Part shown: positions 11,985 through 26,922 of the stretch, in pieces | Numbering within the stretch: position 1 is the stretch's first letter | Layout: the number at the start of each line of letters is the position of its first letter | Source: Macrostomum lignano | Lineage: Eukaryota | Assembly: GCA_002269645.1 (NCBI GenBank) | Contig: NIVC01002935.1 | Coordinates: 62,001-126,000, forward strand | DNA: 64,000 nt | Direction: 5' to 3' | Notes under the pieces: model-generated | Told to the model about the DNA's origin: nothing | What the model saw: the letters and a program-made list of their open reading frames with translations, nothing else | The model's database searches: none | Translations under genes and position numbers: made by a program

Positions 11985-12545
11985 ACTGAAGGGGAGGATT
12001 CAAGTGGATTCGAGGGGGTTCGAGGGGATTCGAGGGGAGCCTGAAGGACTGAGGGGATCTGAGAGCCTGAAGGACTGAGGGATCTGCCAGGGAGCCTGAA
12101 TGACTGAGGGGATCTGCAGGAGAGCCTGAAGGACTGAGGGGATCTGCAGGCGATCCTGAAGATGTGAGGGATCTGGGGGGGAGCCTGAAGGACTGAGGGG
12201 ATCTGCAGGAGATCCTGAAGGACTGAGGGGATCTGAGATCCTGAAAGACTGAGGGGATCTGCAGGCGATCCTGAAGATCTGAGGGATCTGCAGGGGAGCC
12301 TGAATGACTGAGGGGATCTGAGAGCCTGAAGGACTGAGGGGATCTGTAGGAGATCCTGAAGGACTAAGGGGATTTGAGATCCTGAAGGACTGAGGGGATC
12401 TGTAGGAGATCCTGAAGGACTGAGGGGATCTGTAGGAGATCCTGAAGGACTGAGGGGATTTGAGATCCTGAAGGACTGAGGGGATCTGTAGGAGATCCTG
12501 AAGGACTGAGGGGATTTGAGATCCTGAAGGACTGAGGGGATCTGC
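11985..12545. repeat. Minisatellite, 26-30 bp unit GATCCTGAAGGACTGAGGGGATCTGYAGGA
   Basis: Fills almost all of intron 11953-12567. Confidence 0.9.
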
Positions 12546-12567
12546 AGTCGAACTGATCGTGGCTCAC

Positions 12568-13010
12568 CTCGCCCCATCGCCAGCGGACCAGTCGTAGCCG
12601 CCAGACGGAATACTAATAGTAGCATAGTTATTCGTACTGCCCAGTCCGCCACCGCCCCCCACCGCGCCCTCGTCGGCGCCGTCCCCATCGCCAGCGCCGC
12701 CGTCGGCTCTGGCCAGCAGCTTCTTGACCTGCCTGTAGCGATCGTACAGCGGCCTGATCAGCTCCTTGTCCCGTTTGGTGCTGGGCCGGCCGTGCAGATT
12801 CTCGTACAGCAGCAGCGCCTTCTGCAGCGCCAGCTTCTCGTCGGCGATCTGCCGCGAGTCCATGCGGTCCAGCGCCTCTGGACGGTTGGCCTGGCGTCGC
12901 TTCTCCTCCAGGCGGCTGATGAGAGTGTAGTATGTGTCCTCTGTGGCTGAGGGCGCCGCTTGCTGCTGCTGCTGCTGCGGCTGCTGATGCTGATGATGAT
13001 CGGAGTGATG
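12568..13010 (-). CDS. FAM13: FAM13-like gene, coding exon 4
   Basis: EKLALQKALLLYENLHGRPSTKRDKELIRPLYDRYRQVKKLL matches the FAM13 signature EK.ALQKALL.+E..HGRP.....+..++PLYDRYR.+K..L. Acceptor ctccag|CAT; donor GAG|gtgagc. Confidence 0.92.
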
Positions 13011-13094
13011 CTGGAGCGGGGTTTGGGGGGGGGTTGGGAAAAGCACATCTCAATGCACGCTGATGAAGCTGCACTTTTGAGAATGGATTCGAAA

Positions 13095-13690
13095 TTCTAG
13101 TGCCCCTTTAGGACACATTCTAGTGCCCCTTTAGGACACATTCTAGTGCCCCTTTAGGACACATTCTAGTGCCCCTTTAGGACACATTCTAGTGCCCCTT
13201 TAGGACACATTCTAGTGCCCCTTTAGGACACATTCTAGTGCCCCTTTAGGACACATTCTAGTGCCCCTTTAGGACACATTCTAGTGCCCCTTTAGGACAC
13301 ATTCTAGTGCCCCTTTAGGACACATTCTAGTGCCCCATTAGGACACATTCTAGTGCCTCATTAGGACACATTCTAGTGCTCCTTTAGGACACATTCTAGT
13401 GCCCCTTTAGGACACATTCTAGTGCCCCTTTAGGACACATTCTAGTGCCCCTTTAGGACACATTCTAGTGCCCCATTAGGACACATTCTAGTGCCCCTTT
13501 AGGACACATTCTAGTGCCCCATTAGGACACATTCTAGTGTTCCTTTAGGACACATTCTAGTGTTCCTTTAGGACACATTCTAGTGTTCCTTTAGGACACA
13601 TTCTAGTGTCCCATTAGGACACATTCTAGTGCCCCATTAGGAAACATTCTAGTGCCCCATTAGGACACATTCTAGATCCCCATTAGGACA
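13095..13690. repeat. Minisatellite, 23 bp unit TTCTAGTGCCCCTTTAGGACACA
   Basis: About 25 units. Confidence 0.95.
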
Positions 13691-13983
13691 AAATCATTGT
13701 GTCTCATTAGGACAAATTAATGCACTAATAAGTATAGCATCATTAGTAAACATTCAAAGCCAGTTGAAGTCAGACAAGACACAAAGAGCAGACAAGGACA
13801 CACTACTTACATTACTGGCACTGCCCGAGGCTGCCGCACTTGATCTTCTAACCCGGTTGCTGTCCTGCAATGTTACACAAACCGCATTTTCAGTTGAGTA
13901 GTACCACATGATCACACATCTCAGAGGCTATTAGGAACAATCCCTTGAAATTTGAGGTCACATTTTCTAAGAAATCAACGCAC

Positions 13984-14682
13984 CGGCTGGTCGGATCTGA
14001 GCGCCGTGACGGCGGTGTTGGCGGTGGACGGAGGCGTGTAGTCGGTGACGCTGTGGGCGGACAGCGGCGTGTGCGCGGTCGGCAGACTGGCCGACTGCGG
14101 AGTCTCGGACGTCGGCGAAGCGGCCGTAGCGGCGGTCCAGTCGTCGGCAGTCGTCAGCGAGGTGACTGCGGCAGACGCCGACGCTGAAGCCGACGCCGAC
14201 GCCGACGCCGACACTGACGCCGCCTTGGCCGCTTTCAGCTGCCGTTTGGCGGCCTGCAGCCGGGCGTGGGCGTCGCCCAGCTCGGGGTCCCGGGCTCGAT
14301 CCTCGCGGTCGGGCCGGCGGCCGCGCTCGGCCAGGAAGCGGCTCTCCAGGTCGTTAAGTCGGCGGGTCAACGACTGGACGGTGCGCTGAAGCTGGCGGAC
14401 CGACGGCTGCTGCTGCTGTTGCTGCTGAAGGTCGTCGGCAACTGAGGCAGAAGCCTGAGCAGCCGGCATTGGCAGCTGCTGCTGCTCAGAAGCCGAAGCT
14501 GAGCCAGAATGATGGCGGGAGTTGTGATTCTGGTGGTGCTGATGCTGGTGCAGATGGTGATGGTGATGATGGTGATGGTGTCCGGTTGTGGACGAAGTCG
14601 ATGTGGACGAAGTGTTCTCGGACACTTTGGCCAAGGTGGACTGGCCGGCCGATGTCTGCTGCTGCTGCTCGTGCGACGAATG
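13984..14682 (-). CDS. FAM13: FAM13-like gene, coding exon 3 (His/Gln/Ala-rich, coiled coil)
   Basis: 699 nt open frame between tttag|CAT and CCG|gtgcgt, phase 0 at both ends. Contains VRQLQRTVQSLTRRLNDLESRFLAERGRRP, an internal FAM13-type repeat. Confidence 0.8.
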
Positions 14683-14819
14683 CTAAAGTGAAAATGGAGT
14701 GTAAGATGCGTTTATGTTACTTAGAAAGTGGATAGTATAATAGGAATATCGGATCACTTTGTACATAAATGACTGACAAGAATAAAATTAACTGATAAGT
14801 GCGGTTCTTAAACCATTCG

Positions 14820-17010
14820 GAGGGCGATTCTAAACAGTCACTGATGGCGATTCTAAACAGTCACTGATGGCGATTCTAAACAGTCACTCATGGCGATTCT
14901 AAACAGTCACTCATGGCGATTCTAAACAGTCACTCATGGCGATTCTAAAGAGTCACTCATGGCGATTCTAAAGTCACTAATGGCGATTCTAAAGAGTCAC
15001 TGATGGCGATTCTAAAGAGTCACTGATGGCGATTCTAAAGACTCACTCATTGCGATTCTAAAGAGTCACTGAGGGCGATTCTAAAGTCACTGAGAGCAAT
15101 TCTAAAGTCACTCATGGCGATTCTGAAGTCACTGATGGCGATTCTAAAGTCACTGATGGCGATTCTAAAGAGTCACTGATGGCGATTCTAAAGACTCACT
15201 CATGGCGATTCTAAAGAGTCACTGAGGGCGATTCTAAAGTCACTGAGAGCAATTCTAAAGTCACTCATGGCGATTCTAAAGTCACTGATGGCGATTCTAA
15301 AGAGTCACTCATGGCGATTCTAAAGTCACTCATGGCGATTCTAAAGTCACTGATGGCGATTCTAAAGTCACTGATGGCGATTCTAAAGAGTCACTCATGG
15401 CGATTCTAAAGTCACTCATGGCGATTCTAAAGTCACTGATGGCGATTCTAAAGAGTCACTGATGGCGATTCTAAAGAGTCACTCATGGCGATTCTAAAGT
15501 CACTCATGGCGATTCTAAAGTCACTGATGGCGATTCTAAAGAGTCACTGATGGCGATTCTAAAGACTCACTCATGGCGATTCTAAAGAGTCACTGAGGGC
15601 GATTCTAAAGTCACTGAGAGCAATTCTAAAGTCACTCATGGCGATTCTAAAGTCACTGATGGCGATTCTAAAGAGTCACTCATGGCGATTCTAAAGTCAC
15701 TCATGGCGATTCTAAAGTCACTGATGGCGATTCTAAAGTCACTGATGGCGATTCTAAAGAGTCACTCATGGCGATTCTAAAGTCACTGAGGGCGATTCTA
15801 AACAGTCACTGATGGCGATTCTAAAGAGTCACTCATGGCGATTCTAAAGTCACTGAGGCGATTCTAAACAGTCACTGATGGCGATTCTAAAGTCACTCAT
15901 GGCGATTCTAAAGTCACTCATGGCGATTCTAAAGTCACTGATGGCGATTCTAAAGAGTCACTGATGGCGATTCTAAAGTCACTCATGGCGATTCTAAAGT
16001 CACTGATGGCGATTCTAAAGAGTCACTGATGGCGATTCTAAAGAGTCACTCATGGCGATTCTAAAGTCACTCATGGCGATTCTAAAGTCACTGATGGCGA
16101 TTCTAAAGAGTCACTGATGGCGATTCTAAAGACTCACTCATGGCGATTCTAAAGTCACTGATGGCGATTCTAAAGAGTCACTCATGGCGATTCTAAAGTC
16201 ACTGATGGCGATTCTAAAGTCACTGATGGCGATTCTAAAGAGTCACTCATGGCGATTCTAAAGTCACTGAGGGCGATTCTAAACAGTCACTGATGGCGAT
16301 TCTAAAGAGTCACTCATGGCGATTCTAAAGTCACTGAGGGCGATTCTAAACAGTCACTGATGGCGATTCTAAAGTCACTCATGGCGATTCTAAAGAGTCA
16401 CTGATGGCGATTCTAAAGACTCACTCATGGCGATTCTAAAGAGTCACTGAGGGCGATTCTAAAGTCACTGATGGCGATTCTAAAGAGTCACTCATGGCGA
16501 TTCTAAAGTCACTGATGGCGATTCTAAAGTCACTGATGGCGATTCTAAAGAGTCACTCATGGCGATTCTAAAGTCACTGAGGGCGATTCTAAACAGTCAC
16601 TGATGGCGATTCTAAAGAGTCACTCATGGCGATTCTAAAGTCACTGAGGGCGATTCTAAACAGTCACTGATGGCGATTCTAAAGAGTCACTGATGGCGAT
16701 TCTAAACAGTCACTGATGGCGATTCTAAAGTCACTGAGGGCGATTCTAAACAGTCACTGATGGCGATTCTAAAGTCACTCATGGCGATTCTAAAGTCACT
16801 GATGGCGATTCTAAAGTCACTGATGGCGATTCTAAAGAGTCACTGAGGGCGATTCTAAAGAGTCACTGAGGGCGATTCTAAAGTCACTGATGGCGATTCT
16901 AAAGTCATTGATGGCGATTCTAAAGTCACTGATGGCGATTCTAAAGTCATTGATTCTAAAGGCGATTCTAAAGTCACTGATGGCGATTCTAAAGTCACTG
17001 ATGGCGATTC
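14820..17010. repeat. Satellite array, 21/23 bp unit GTCACTGATGGCGATTCTAAA(GA) with higher-order blocks
   Basis: About 100 units; the variant unit GTCACTGAGAGCAATTCTAAA recurs near 15080, 15240 and 15610. Confidence 0.95.
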
Positions 17011-17071
17011 TGGCTCTAAAATGTCTTCAAGAGCACGAGCGGCTTGATATAAAAAACAAAGACCCGATTAC

Positions 17072-17977
17072 CCAGGCACTCTTCCCAGCACTTGCCGGTC
17101 TCTGCAGGCTGCCAACATTATCGTAGACTGACCGCCTGGCCTCCACCGATGTCGAACCCGAAGCTCCGGGCGCGCCAGCGGAAGACGCGGACGCCCCAGT
17201 CCCAGTCGCCGCCGCCGCCGGCCCGCCCGCAGTCAGCTGGCTGAGGTCCAACCGCGGCACAGCCGGGCTGGGTGTCGCCTTTGGCGTCAGCGTCCGCTCC
17301 GACTCCTCCTCCTCATCTGGGCCGCCGCCGCCGCCGCTGCTACCGCCGTCCCGCGGCAACTCCTCGACGTCGTCATCATCCTCGTCTCCATCGTCGTCGG
17401 CGTCCTCGTCGGCAGCGGCGCCAAACAGATGGCTGGCCACGGCCGCTCGAATGGCGCGGCTCAGGCTGCCGCCGGGCTGCTGCAGCAAGCCCAACTGCTG
17501 CTGCTGCTGGGCCGCCAGCTGCTGCTGCTGTTGTTGCTGGGGAAACCGGGGCGACTCGCTGTAGGAAGACGGCTCGTCGTCCACCAGAGACACCCTCGAT
17601 GACGACACCATGGAGGCGCCGCCGGCGGCACCGGCCGAGGCGGAGGCCGGAGTCGACGCCGACAGGGTTGGCTGCAGCGAGTTCCTAGGTTTCGGCTGGG
17701 GACCGCCTGACCTGAGCGCGACCGCCGCCGACTCTGATGAGCTGCTGTGGCTGCTGTTGTTGTTCGTCATGGAGTGACCGCCGCCGCCGCCGCCGCCAGT
17801 GCTGCCGGCGGAGAGTCGGCGCAGGCTCGGACTGTTTCCAGCGCCGCCGCTGCCTGAGCACTCCTTCACGGTGACCATGCGGGGCAGCTTGGCCTGCGGC
17901 GCTGGCTCGAACACGTCAGAGTAGTGCGCGATCAAATCCGACATGATCTTGTTGGCCATGCTCTGCACCTTCAGGCT
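17072..17977 (-). CDS. FAM13: FAM13-like gene, coding exon 2 (end of RhoGAP domain plus low-complexity linker)
   Basis: aaacag|AGC CTG AAG gives SLKVQSMANKIMSDLIAHYSDVFE, the last RhoGAP helix. Donor taken as TGG|gtaatc at 17072; an alternative in-phase donor ~40 nt upstream is possible. Confidence 0.8.
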
Positions 17978-18349
17978 CTGTTTAATGATTGACATAAATA
18001 GGGGAAAAACTCCGTTATAAACTACTGAATTCAAATTGAGTAGTAAGTCGCAATTAGACACAAAATAAGCCTAAAATACTGCGCTGGCTGACATGCGATG
18101 CTCATACAGTGCTCACTCTGCGTATCTCCGGCATGCTGGTTCAACATCTACTACAAGTAGTGTAAAAATATGGACTATATTGATATTCATTTTTAATATT
18201 GCGCCATTATTTACCACCTCACCGGTTTTATAAAATGATTTTATTGCGACTTTCAAATTCCCTGGAAATAAAGCGAAAGTTTTGCACTGTTCGAAGACTA
18301 TTTGTGATTTTCAAAGCTTTCTTAATGCTAGTCTCTTGATAAATTGGTG

Positions 18350-18554
18350 ACAGACAGACAGACAGACGACAGAGATGGGCAGACAGACACAGACAGACAC
18401 ACAGACAGACACACAGACACACAGACAGAAAGACAGACAGACACACAGACACACAGACAGAAAGACAGACAGACAGACAGACAGCAGACAGACAGACAGA
18501 CAGACTGACAGACAGAAAGACAGACAGACAGACAGACAGACAGACACACAGATG

Positions 18555-18594
<40 letters not shown>

Positions 18595-18596
18595 GC

Positions 18597-18649
<53 letters not shown>

Positions 18650-18728
18650 CACAGATGGACAGACAGACAGACAGACAGACAGACAGCAGACAGACAGACA
18701 CACAGACAGACAGACAGACACACAGATG

Positions 18729-18768
<40 letters not shown>

Positions 18769-18800
18769 GCAGACAGACACAGATGGGCAGACAGACACAC
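18350..18800. repeat. (GACA)n microsatellite (second copy ~26508-26955)
   Basis: Read directly from the sequence. Confidence 0.95.
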
Positions 18801-19734
18801 AATGAAAGCACACTCAATAGCAGCTGATAGATGGACACAGAGCGGCAAGGATGGCCAGACTGACAAGCGCATCCAATAGTGTAAACAAAACGCAGGCCAT
18901 CAGTGCGCAGCCAGCTGCAGATAAGCAGGAAGTTTCCCGACTGCTGTTTACAAGGCAGGTTACAAACTGGAAGCCGCAGCAGAATATTTATTTATGCATT
19001 CGCTGACGCCAGCACACACAATTCGGGACTACTAAAAGTAGGGCAAGTGGAGGCCCAGAGCAGCGCTGGAACTTGGCCGTTAAAAGTGCGCCACTGCGGC
19101 TCCAGCCAGGCCCATTTTTGGAATAAATTTATCCGCACAGGGTTCGCTCCTTGTAGAGGACTAGCGATGTTCAATCCGCTAGCGAAAACGCAAGAGTGCA
19201 GCAACAACTGACAGGAAACCTCCCTCTCTGCATTTGCAAGAAGACTCTGCAATAACCAAGGCAGGCAAAGTCTGCAGCCGACGAAGGCCTTCATGGACTG
19301 GACCGGTTTCTCTCCGGCTCTCAGTGGCAGCCAATCTCAACCACCCTCCCGCCCAGCGTACGCGCACAGGACTGGCGGGCAGCGGCCGGGCCGGGACAGG
19401 GCGAAACTACAGGCACGGGGATCGGCGAAGGCGGGCTTTGGGGTTTTTGCCCGCTTTTGGAAGCCATCATCCCGAGCGCCGCGGCCCAAGCAACTTATTA
19501 TTCGGCGGAAACAAGCAAAAAGAGGTCGCAAATAAAACTTTTTCTATAGCAAAATTTACGCAGCATAAATATAGTGTGGGATATATATTTGTAGACAGTT
19601 GACACGCATGGCCAGGTGGAAATCTTAATACATCACCGATTGATGCATCACCCACTTGCCTACTAATTCAGCTGCATATCTACCCACGCAGCTACCTGCC
19701 TATTAGCCTACTAATCTACCAGCCTACTACGAAT

Positions 19735-20630
<896 letters not shown>

Positions 20631-21329
20631 CCCAGCCCATGACCCCAGCTGTCCGCAGTGAGTCACCGCAGGAGGGCAGCTCCCTCAGGACAGCTTTTGC
20701 AACATTTATAGCGCCACCTGGAAATCCTTTACCCTGGTAGCCGAGGCAATCTGCGGCCAAGAGGGGAAGGGGAATCGGGGACAGAAGCGGAACAATTCGG
20801 TATCGCTCGACCCGATCGAGGTTGGGCTCGGGAAATTGGGAGAATTGGGGAGAATCTTGCGTTCGTTGGGCAAGCACACGGGGGATTTCTGCAACACAAG
20901 CCAGATCTGCTTGCCCCGCCGGAATATACGAGTCGTAGATAAGGAAATAGTGACATTTTAAAAGGGCATCAGCTTTTACCAACTCTGCTGAGCCTGTCAC
21001 ATTCGCTGGCGCTAAATGGAGGCACAACACTGGCGCTAGTAACTGTTATTATAGCAAACATTCGCGTAAGCCTAATGCTAAAATATGGGCACATGAAGAC
21101 TGCTACGAAAACAGGGAGTGATGCAACACTCACATCGAATATTTCACTGCTTTTAAATAGTTTATGGGGATTAAATAAACGATAGCCATTTTGAACAACG
21201 ATAAGTCAGCAGTGCTAGCCGTAAGCCGCGGGACTTAACTTGGACTGCTGCCAGGCATATCCCACTCTCCATGGCCATGATGGAGAACAGGTAAATTTGA
21301 TAACTAATACCAGTTACAGGCTGGTTATC

Positions 21330-21705
21330 ATTGTGATGATGGTGATAGTGATGATGATGGTGATGATGGCGATGATGATGCTGCTGATGATGGTGATGGC
21401 AATGATTATGGTGATGATGATCGTGATGATGATGATGATGGTGATGATGACGGTGTCGGTGATGATGGTGATGATGGTGATGATGATGATGGTGATGACG
21501 ATGACGGTGTCAATGATGATGGTGATGGTGATGATGATGATGGTGGTGATGATGATGGTGATGATGATGGTGATGATGATGATGATGATGATGGTGATGA
21601 TGGTGATGATGATGACGGTGTCGGTGATGATGATGATTGTGGTGATGGTAGAAATGATTATGATGAAGATGGTGATTATGGTGCTGATGGTGGTGATTAT
21701 TGTGA
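21330..21705. repeat. (GAT/GGT)n trinucleotide tract (second copy ~29436-29810)
   Basis: Read directly from the sequence; source of spurious poly-Met and poly-Ile ORFs. Confidence 0.95.
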
Positions 21706-22519
21706 TGTGTTGAACTACAAGCACAAAACCCTAGCAGAGGTGAATTCCCCTAGGAGACAGTGATAAAAAGGTGCATTGCAACGCAGCCAATGACTGCAAC
21801 TAACACAGGTGCCAATTCAATGACAGTGCAAGGTAATATAATAGGTGTATGAATTGTGTCACGTGCAAGCTAAAGTTATTAATTATATTATAAGTCAATA
21901 TTTGTAACTATATAATAATTTCTCTGTTAAACTGTGTGCACAATATTATTATTTTCACTGTTGCCATAGCAACGCAGACGATTAAAAAATTCGAACACTA
22001 TGCATTGCTGCTCACTGTGGTAAGCGGGATTATAAAAAGTAAATTAAGAAATGCGGTAGCATAGAGACTACAATGACTGCATCGCTCAGATTTACAAACC
22101 TGCATATGCAGAGGCAGATGCTGATAGCAGGGCAGCTGGCCAGGCTAGAGGAACAGTTTATTCAGAAAGCACTGTGAGTTTAGCATCAAATTAAAGACTG
22201 AAAAACACATGAAAATCATATCTAGACAGTGACAGGCGGGTGGCCAGATAGGTAACCAAAGGTGTGCTCAAGAGATCTGTGCCATCAGCAGAGCTTAAGT
22301 ACAAGCAAAACTGTGCTGGAAGATGTAGGCAAATGCATAGAGTGAAAAAATATCCAAAAATTGACTGAAGAAGCTGCATCCGTATGGGGGTTGAGGACCA
22401 ACGCACTGCGCACTGCAAACACGGTAACTACCGGCTAGCACTCCTTAGACTAACACAATTTGGGCAGCTCTATGCTGGCTCAGACTGTAGAGTGCAAGAG
22501 TAGGGTGTAGAAAGGGAGA

Positions 22520-23070
22520 ACAGGATGTAAAGAGGGAGAGTAGAATGGAGGGAGAGTAGAATGGAGGGAGAGTAGAGTGGGTGGAGAGTAGAGTGGATGG
22601 AGAGAAGAGTGGAGGGAGAGTAGAGTGGGTGGAGAGTAGAGTGGATGGAGAGTAGAGTGGAGGGAGAGTAGAGTGGGTGGAGAGTAGAGTGGAGGGAGAG
22701 TAGAGTGGAAGGAGAGTAGAGTGGAAGGAGAGTAGAGTGGAAGGAGAGTAGAGTGGATGGAGAGTAGAGTGGATGGAGAGTAGAGTGGAGGGAGAGTAGA
22801 GAGGAGGGAGAGTAGAGTGGAGGGAGAGTAGAGTGGAGGGAGAGTAGAGTGGATGGAGAGTAGAGTGGAGGGAGAGTAGAGTGGAGGGAGAGTAGAGTGG
22901 ATGGAGAGTAGAGTGGAGGGAGAGTAGAGAGGAGGGAGAGTAGAGCGGAGGGAGAGTAGAGTGGAGGGAGAGTAGAGTGGAGGGAGAGTAGAGGAGGGAG
23001 AGTAGAGCGGAGGGAGAGTAGAGAGGAGGGAGAGTAGAGCGGAGGGAGAGTAGAGGAGAGAGTAGAGACA
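22520..23070. repeat. Purine-rich 15 bp minisatellite GGAGAGTAGAGTGGA (second copy ~30625-31170)
   Basis: Read directly from the sequence. Confidence 0.9.
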
Positions 23071-23216
23071 GTAAAGTATGAGAGAAGCAGAGAAGCAGAA
23101 TTCAGAAGGCTGAGAGTAGAGCCCATGGACTGAGACAGGACAAGCCATATAGAGATGAGAGATGAGAGCATGCAAAAACCAATTAGCAAGCACAGCTGCA
23201 ACTCAAGAGGCCTCAC

Positions 23217-23810
23217 CTGCACGGTGTCGCCGCAGCGGAACACATTGGGCCCAAAGCAGATGCCCAGATTAAGGGGCGACATTTTATTCTCGGCGTCCCT
23301 GTCGGCAACTCGGCGCAGAAACTCGGTCAGGTACTTCAGCAGCTTCCTGTTGGGCTCCGGCAGCCGGTCGATCAGTTCGGCGTAATCCCGGCACAGCCGG
23401 TTGGGGTCGCCGGCCGCGGCCTCGGCAGCCTGCACGAACTGCAGCGTGGCCTCGCTGTCCACGATGCCGTCCGGCAGCTCGCGGATGTACTGCTTCAGCA
23501 CGCTGGCGATCGAGTGCACGTCGTGAATGTCGGAGAAGTCCACCACAGAGTGCTCGTCGAACAGGCGGCGAATCTGGTTAGCCATCCGGTTGTTGCCGTT
23601 GACGCGGAACAGGCCCTCGGTTGCCAGGCCGGCCTTGCTCAGGTGCTCGCAGATCTGCCGGACAATGTCCGGAACTTCCGCCGGCTGCTGCTGCTGGCTG
23701 CTGCCCCGGCGCCTGATGGCGACATCCAGCGGGGCGCCGAAAATGCTGCTGGCGCCGTTGGTGGCGCCGGCGCCGCTGCTGTCGGAGCGGCCGCGCCTGC
23801 TCGGCCACAT
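23217..23810 (-). CDS. FAM13: FAM13-like gene, coding exon 1 (RhoGAP domain)
   Basis: IFGAPL...VPDIVRQICEHLSKAGLATEGLFRVNG (Arg finger)...IASVLKQYIRELP...NKMSPLNLGICFGPNVF. Donor CAG|gtgagg. Acceptor aatcag|G at 23832 implies an upstream, probably 5' UTR, exon. The six exons join to 3042 nt, 1013 aa. Confidence 0.92.
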
Positions 23811-25230
23811 GGAGGGAGTCCGAGGGGGCCACCTGATTTTCAATTAGAGCGATATTATAATTGTTTGAGCAACTGGGATTTGAGTAACTGCAGGCTGAGA
23901 CTGAGCTCACGTGCCGCCCATTCTCAATTGGAAGGCTCTGTTTTTCTCGATTCCTCCTATCTGGGAGATTGTTGAGTTGCTGCAACTGGGGAAGGCTGGA
24001 ATGAAAGTGTATGCACATATTAATATTAATACAGAATATCAGTTTTTGTTAATAGGTGCCAAATTAACAATGGGATTACAGTGAGTGCAGCCAGGTATGA
24101 ATGAATAAAATTTGCACTATTAAAGTAAAAAATTGCTTTTGTGGATTCTAGAATGAACCTTGGTTTTTTCTTAGCTAGCCCATAATTTAATAATGTTGAC
24201 AATCAAAAATAATTACTTTATGGTATAATATAAACACATGGATAGTTTGATTTCTTATTTGAAATATACATTATTATGAATATTTTTACCTAAATTCAAT
24301 TTGATTTAAATAGTAAGTAAGTTTGCTAAAATACACTAGCCATAGCCTAGCTTTTTTAACTTTATATACAAGCAGTATTTTAAAAATTGCGAGATTTTTT
24401 TTAAACTTTTATCTGAAGTACCTAGAAGTAAATTGAAATTTTTACCCAACAATTCTAAATATATAGAAAACTAACAACTATAATTTAAACTTTACATAAT
24501 TACACTGTGTAATCTTAAATAAAAGTCTATGCTTCAAGATAGAAAATTACAATATTTGTCAATAGCAAAAGTAACCAAGTTTAAATGTGTTCATCAAGTA
24601 AAAAATCTGCACCCTCATTTATTTCTTCAGTGGTTTTAGCACGCTCTAAAAAGCTGCCATTTTGTCATAGCAATGCATGCAAATTTTGAACACTCCATAG
24701 CCTTAATTAGAAGAAATATTCAACCAAATCATTTAGAAATTGAAACTTTAACCAATAATGCCATGCAGCTCAAAACAATGAAATTATTCCCAGGCAACTT
24801 TGCCTATAAAGAGCAGAAAGGCTTTTATCAGAAGTAGCCAAATTTAGCAGCAGAATTTAAAAAGCTTTCAAGTTCTGGACTTTTTAGTCTTTTTTTAGAC
24901 AATTTTTTATGTCAACAGTCACTGATGGCGATTCTAAAGTCACTCATGGCGATTCTAAAGTCACTGATGGCGATTCTAAAGTCACTGATGGCGATTCTAA
25001 AGAGTCACTGAGGGCGATTCTAAAGAGTCACTGAGGGCGATTCTAAAGTCACTGATGGCGATTCTAAAGTCATTGATGGCGATTCTAAAGTCACTGATGG
25101 CGATTCTAAAGTCATTGATGGCGATTCTAAAGTCACTGATGGCGATTCTAAAGTCACTGATGGCGATTCTGGCTCTAAAATGTCTTCAAGAGCACGAGCG
25201 GCTTGATATAAAAAACAAAGACCCGATTAC

Positions 25231-26136
25231 CCAGGCACTCTTCCCAGCACTTGCCGGTCTCTGCAGGCTGCCAACATTATCGTAGACTGACCGCCTGGCC
25301 TCCACCGATGTCGAACCCGAAGCTCCGGGCGCGCCAGCGGAAGACGCGGACGCCCCAGTCCCAGTCGCCGCCGCCGCCGGCCCGCCCGCAGTCAGCTGGC
25401 TGAGGTCCAACCGCGGCACAGCCGGGCTGGGTGTCGCCTTTGGCGTCAGCGTCCGCTCCGACTCCTCCTCCTCATCTGGGCCGCCGCCGCCGCCGCTGCT
25501 ACCGCCGTCCCGCGGCAACTCCTCGACGTCGTCATCATCCTCGTCTCCATCGTCGTCGGCGTCCTCGTCGGCAGCGGCGCCAAACAGATGGCTGGCCACG
25601 GCCGCTCGAATGGCGCGGCTCAGGCTGCCGCCGGGCTGCTGCAGCAAGCCCAACTGCTGCTGCTGCTGGGCCGCCAGCTGCTGCTGCTGTTGTTGCTGGG
25701 GAAACCGGGGCGACTCGCTGTAGGAAGACGGCTCGTCGTCCACCAGAGACACCCTCGATGACGACACCATGGAGGCGCCGCCGGCGGCACCGGCCGAGGC
25801 GGAGGCCGGAGTCGACGCCGACAGGGTTGGCTGCAGCGAGTTCCTAGGTTTCGGCTGGGGACCGCCTGACCTGAGCGCGACCGCCGCCGACTCTGATGAG
25901 CTGCTGTGGCTGCTGTTGTTGTTCGTCATGGAGTGACCGCCGCCGCCGCCGCCGCCAGTGCTGCCGGCGGAGAGTCGGCGCAGGCTCGGACTGTTTCCAG
26001 CGCCGCCGCTGCCTGAGCACTCCTTCACGGTGACCATGCGGGGCAGCTTGGCCTGCGGCGCTGGCTCGAACACGTCAGAGTAGTGCGCGATCAAATCCGA
26101 CATGATCTTGTTGGCCATGCTCTGCACCTTCAGGCT
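25231..26136 (-). CDS. FAM13: Duplicated copy of FAM13-like exon 2
   Basis: Translation identical to 17072-17977; splice sites retained. Confidence 0.7.
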
Positions 26137-26712
26137 CTGTTTAATGATTGACATAAATAGGGGAAAAACTCCGTTATAAACTACTGAATTCAAATTGAGT
26201 AGTAAGTCGCAATTAGACACAAAATAAGCCTAAAATACTGCGCTGGCTGACATGCGATGCTCATACAGTGCTCACTCTGCGTATCTCCGGCATGCTGGTT
26301 CAACATCTACTACAAGTAGTGTAAAAATATGGACTATATTGATATTCATTTTTAATATTGCGCCATTATTTACCACCTCACCGGTTTTATAAAATGATTT
26401 TATTGCGACTTTCAAATTCCCTGGAAATAAAGCGAAAGTTTGCACTGTTCGAAGACTATTTGTGATTTTCAAAGCTTTCTTAATGCTAGTCTCTTGATAA
26501 ATTGGTGACAGACAGACAGACAGACGACAGAGATGGGCAGACAGACACAGACAGACACACAGACAGACACACAGACACACAGACAGAAAGACAGACAGAC
26601 ACACAGACACACAGACAGAAAGACAGACAGACAGACAGACAGCAGACAGACAGACAGACAGACTGACAGACAGAAAGACAGACAGACAGACAGACAGACA
26701 GACACACAGATG

Positions 26713-26752
<40 letters not shown>

Positions 26753-26754
26753 GC

Positions 26755-26803
<49 letters not shown>

Positions 26804-26882
26804 CACAGATGGACAGACAGACAGACAGACAGACAGACAGCAGACAGACAGACACACAGACAGACAGACAGACACACAGATG

Positions 26883-26922
<40 letters not shown>

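Noticed and set aside
21240-21724. Poly-Met and poly-Ile ORFs resembling membrane or metal-binding proteins
   Set aside because: (GAT/GGT)n tract inside a FAM13 intron; no splice or domain support.
22470-23216. C-terminal extension of the 457 aa RhoGAP ORF
   Set aside because: Read-through past the donor at 23217 into an intronic 15 bp minisatellite.
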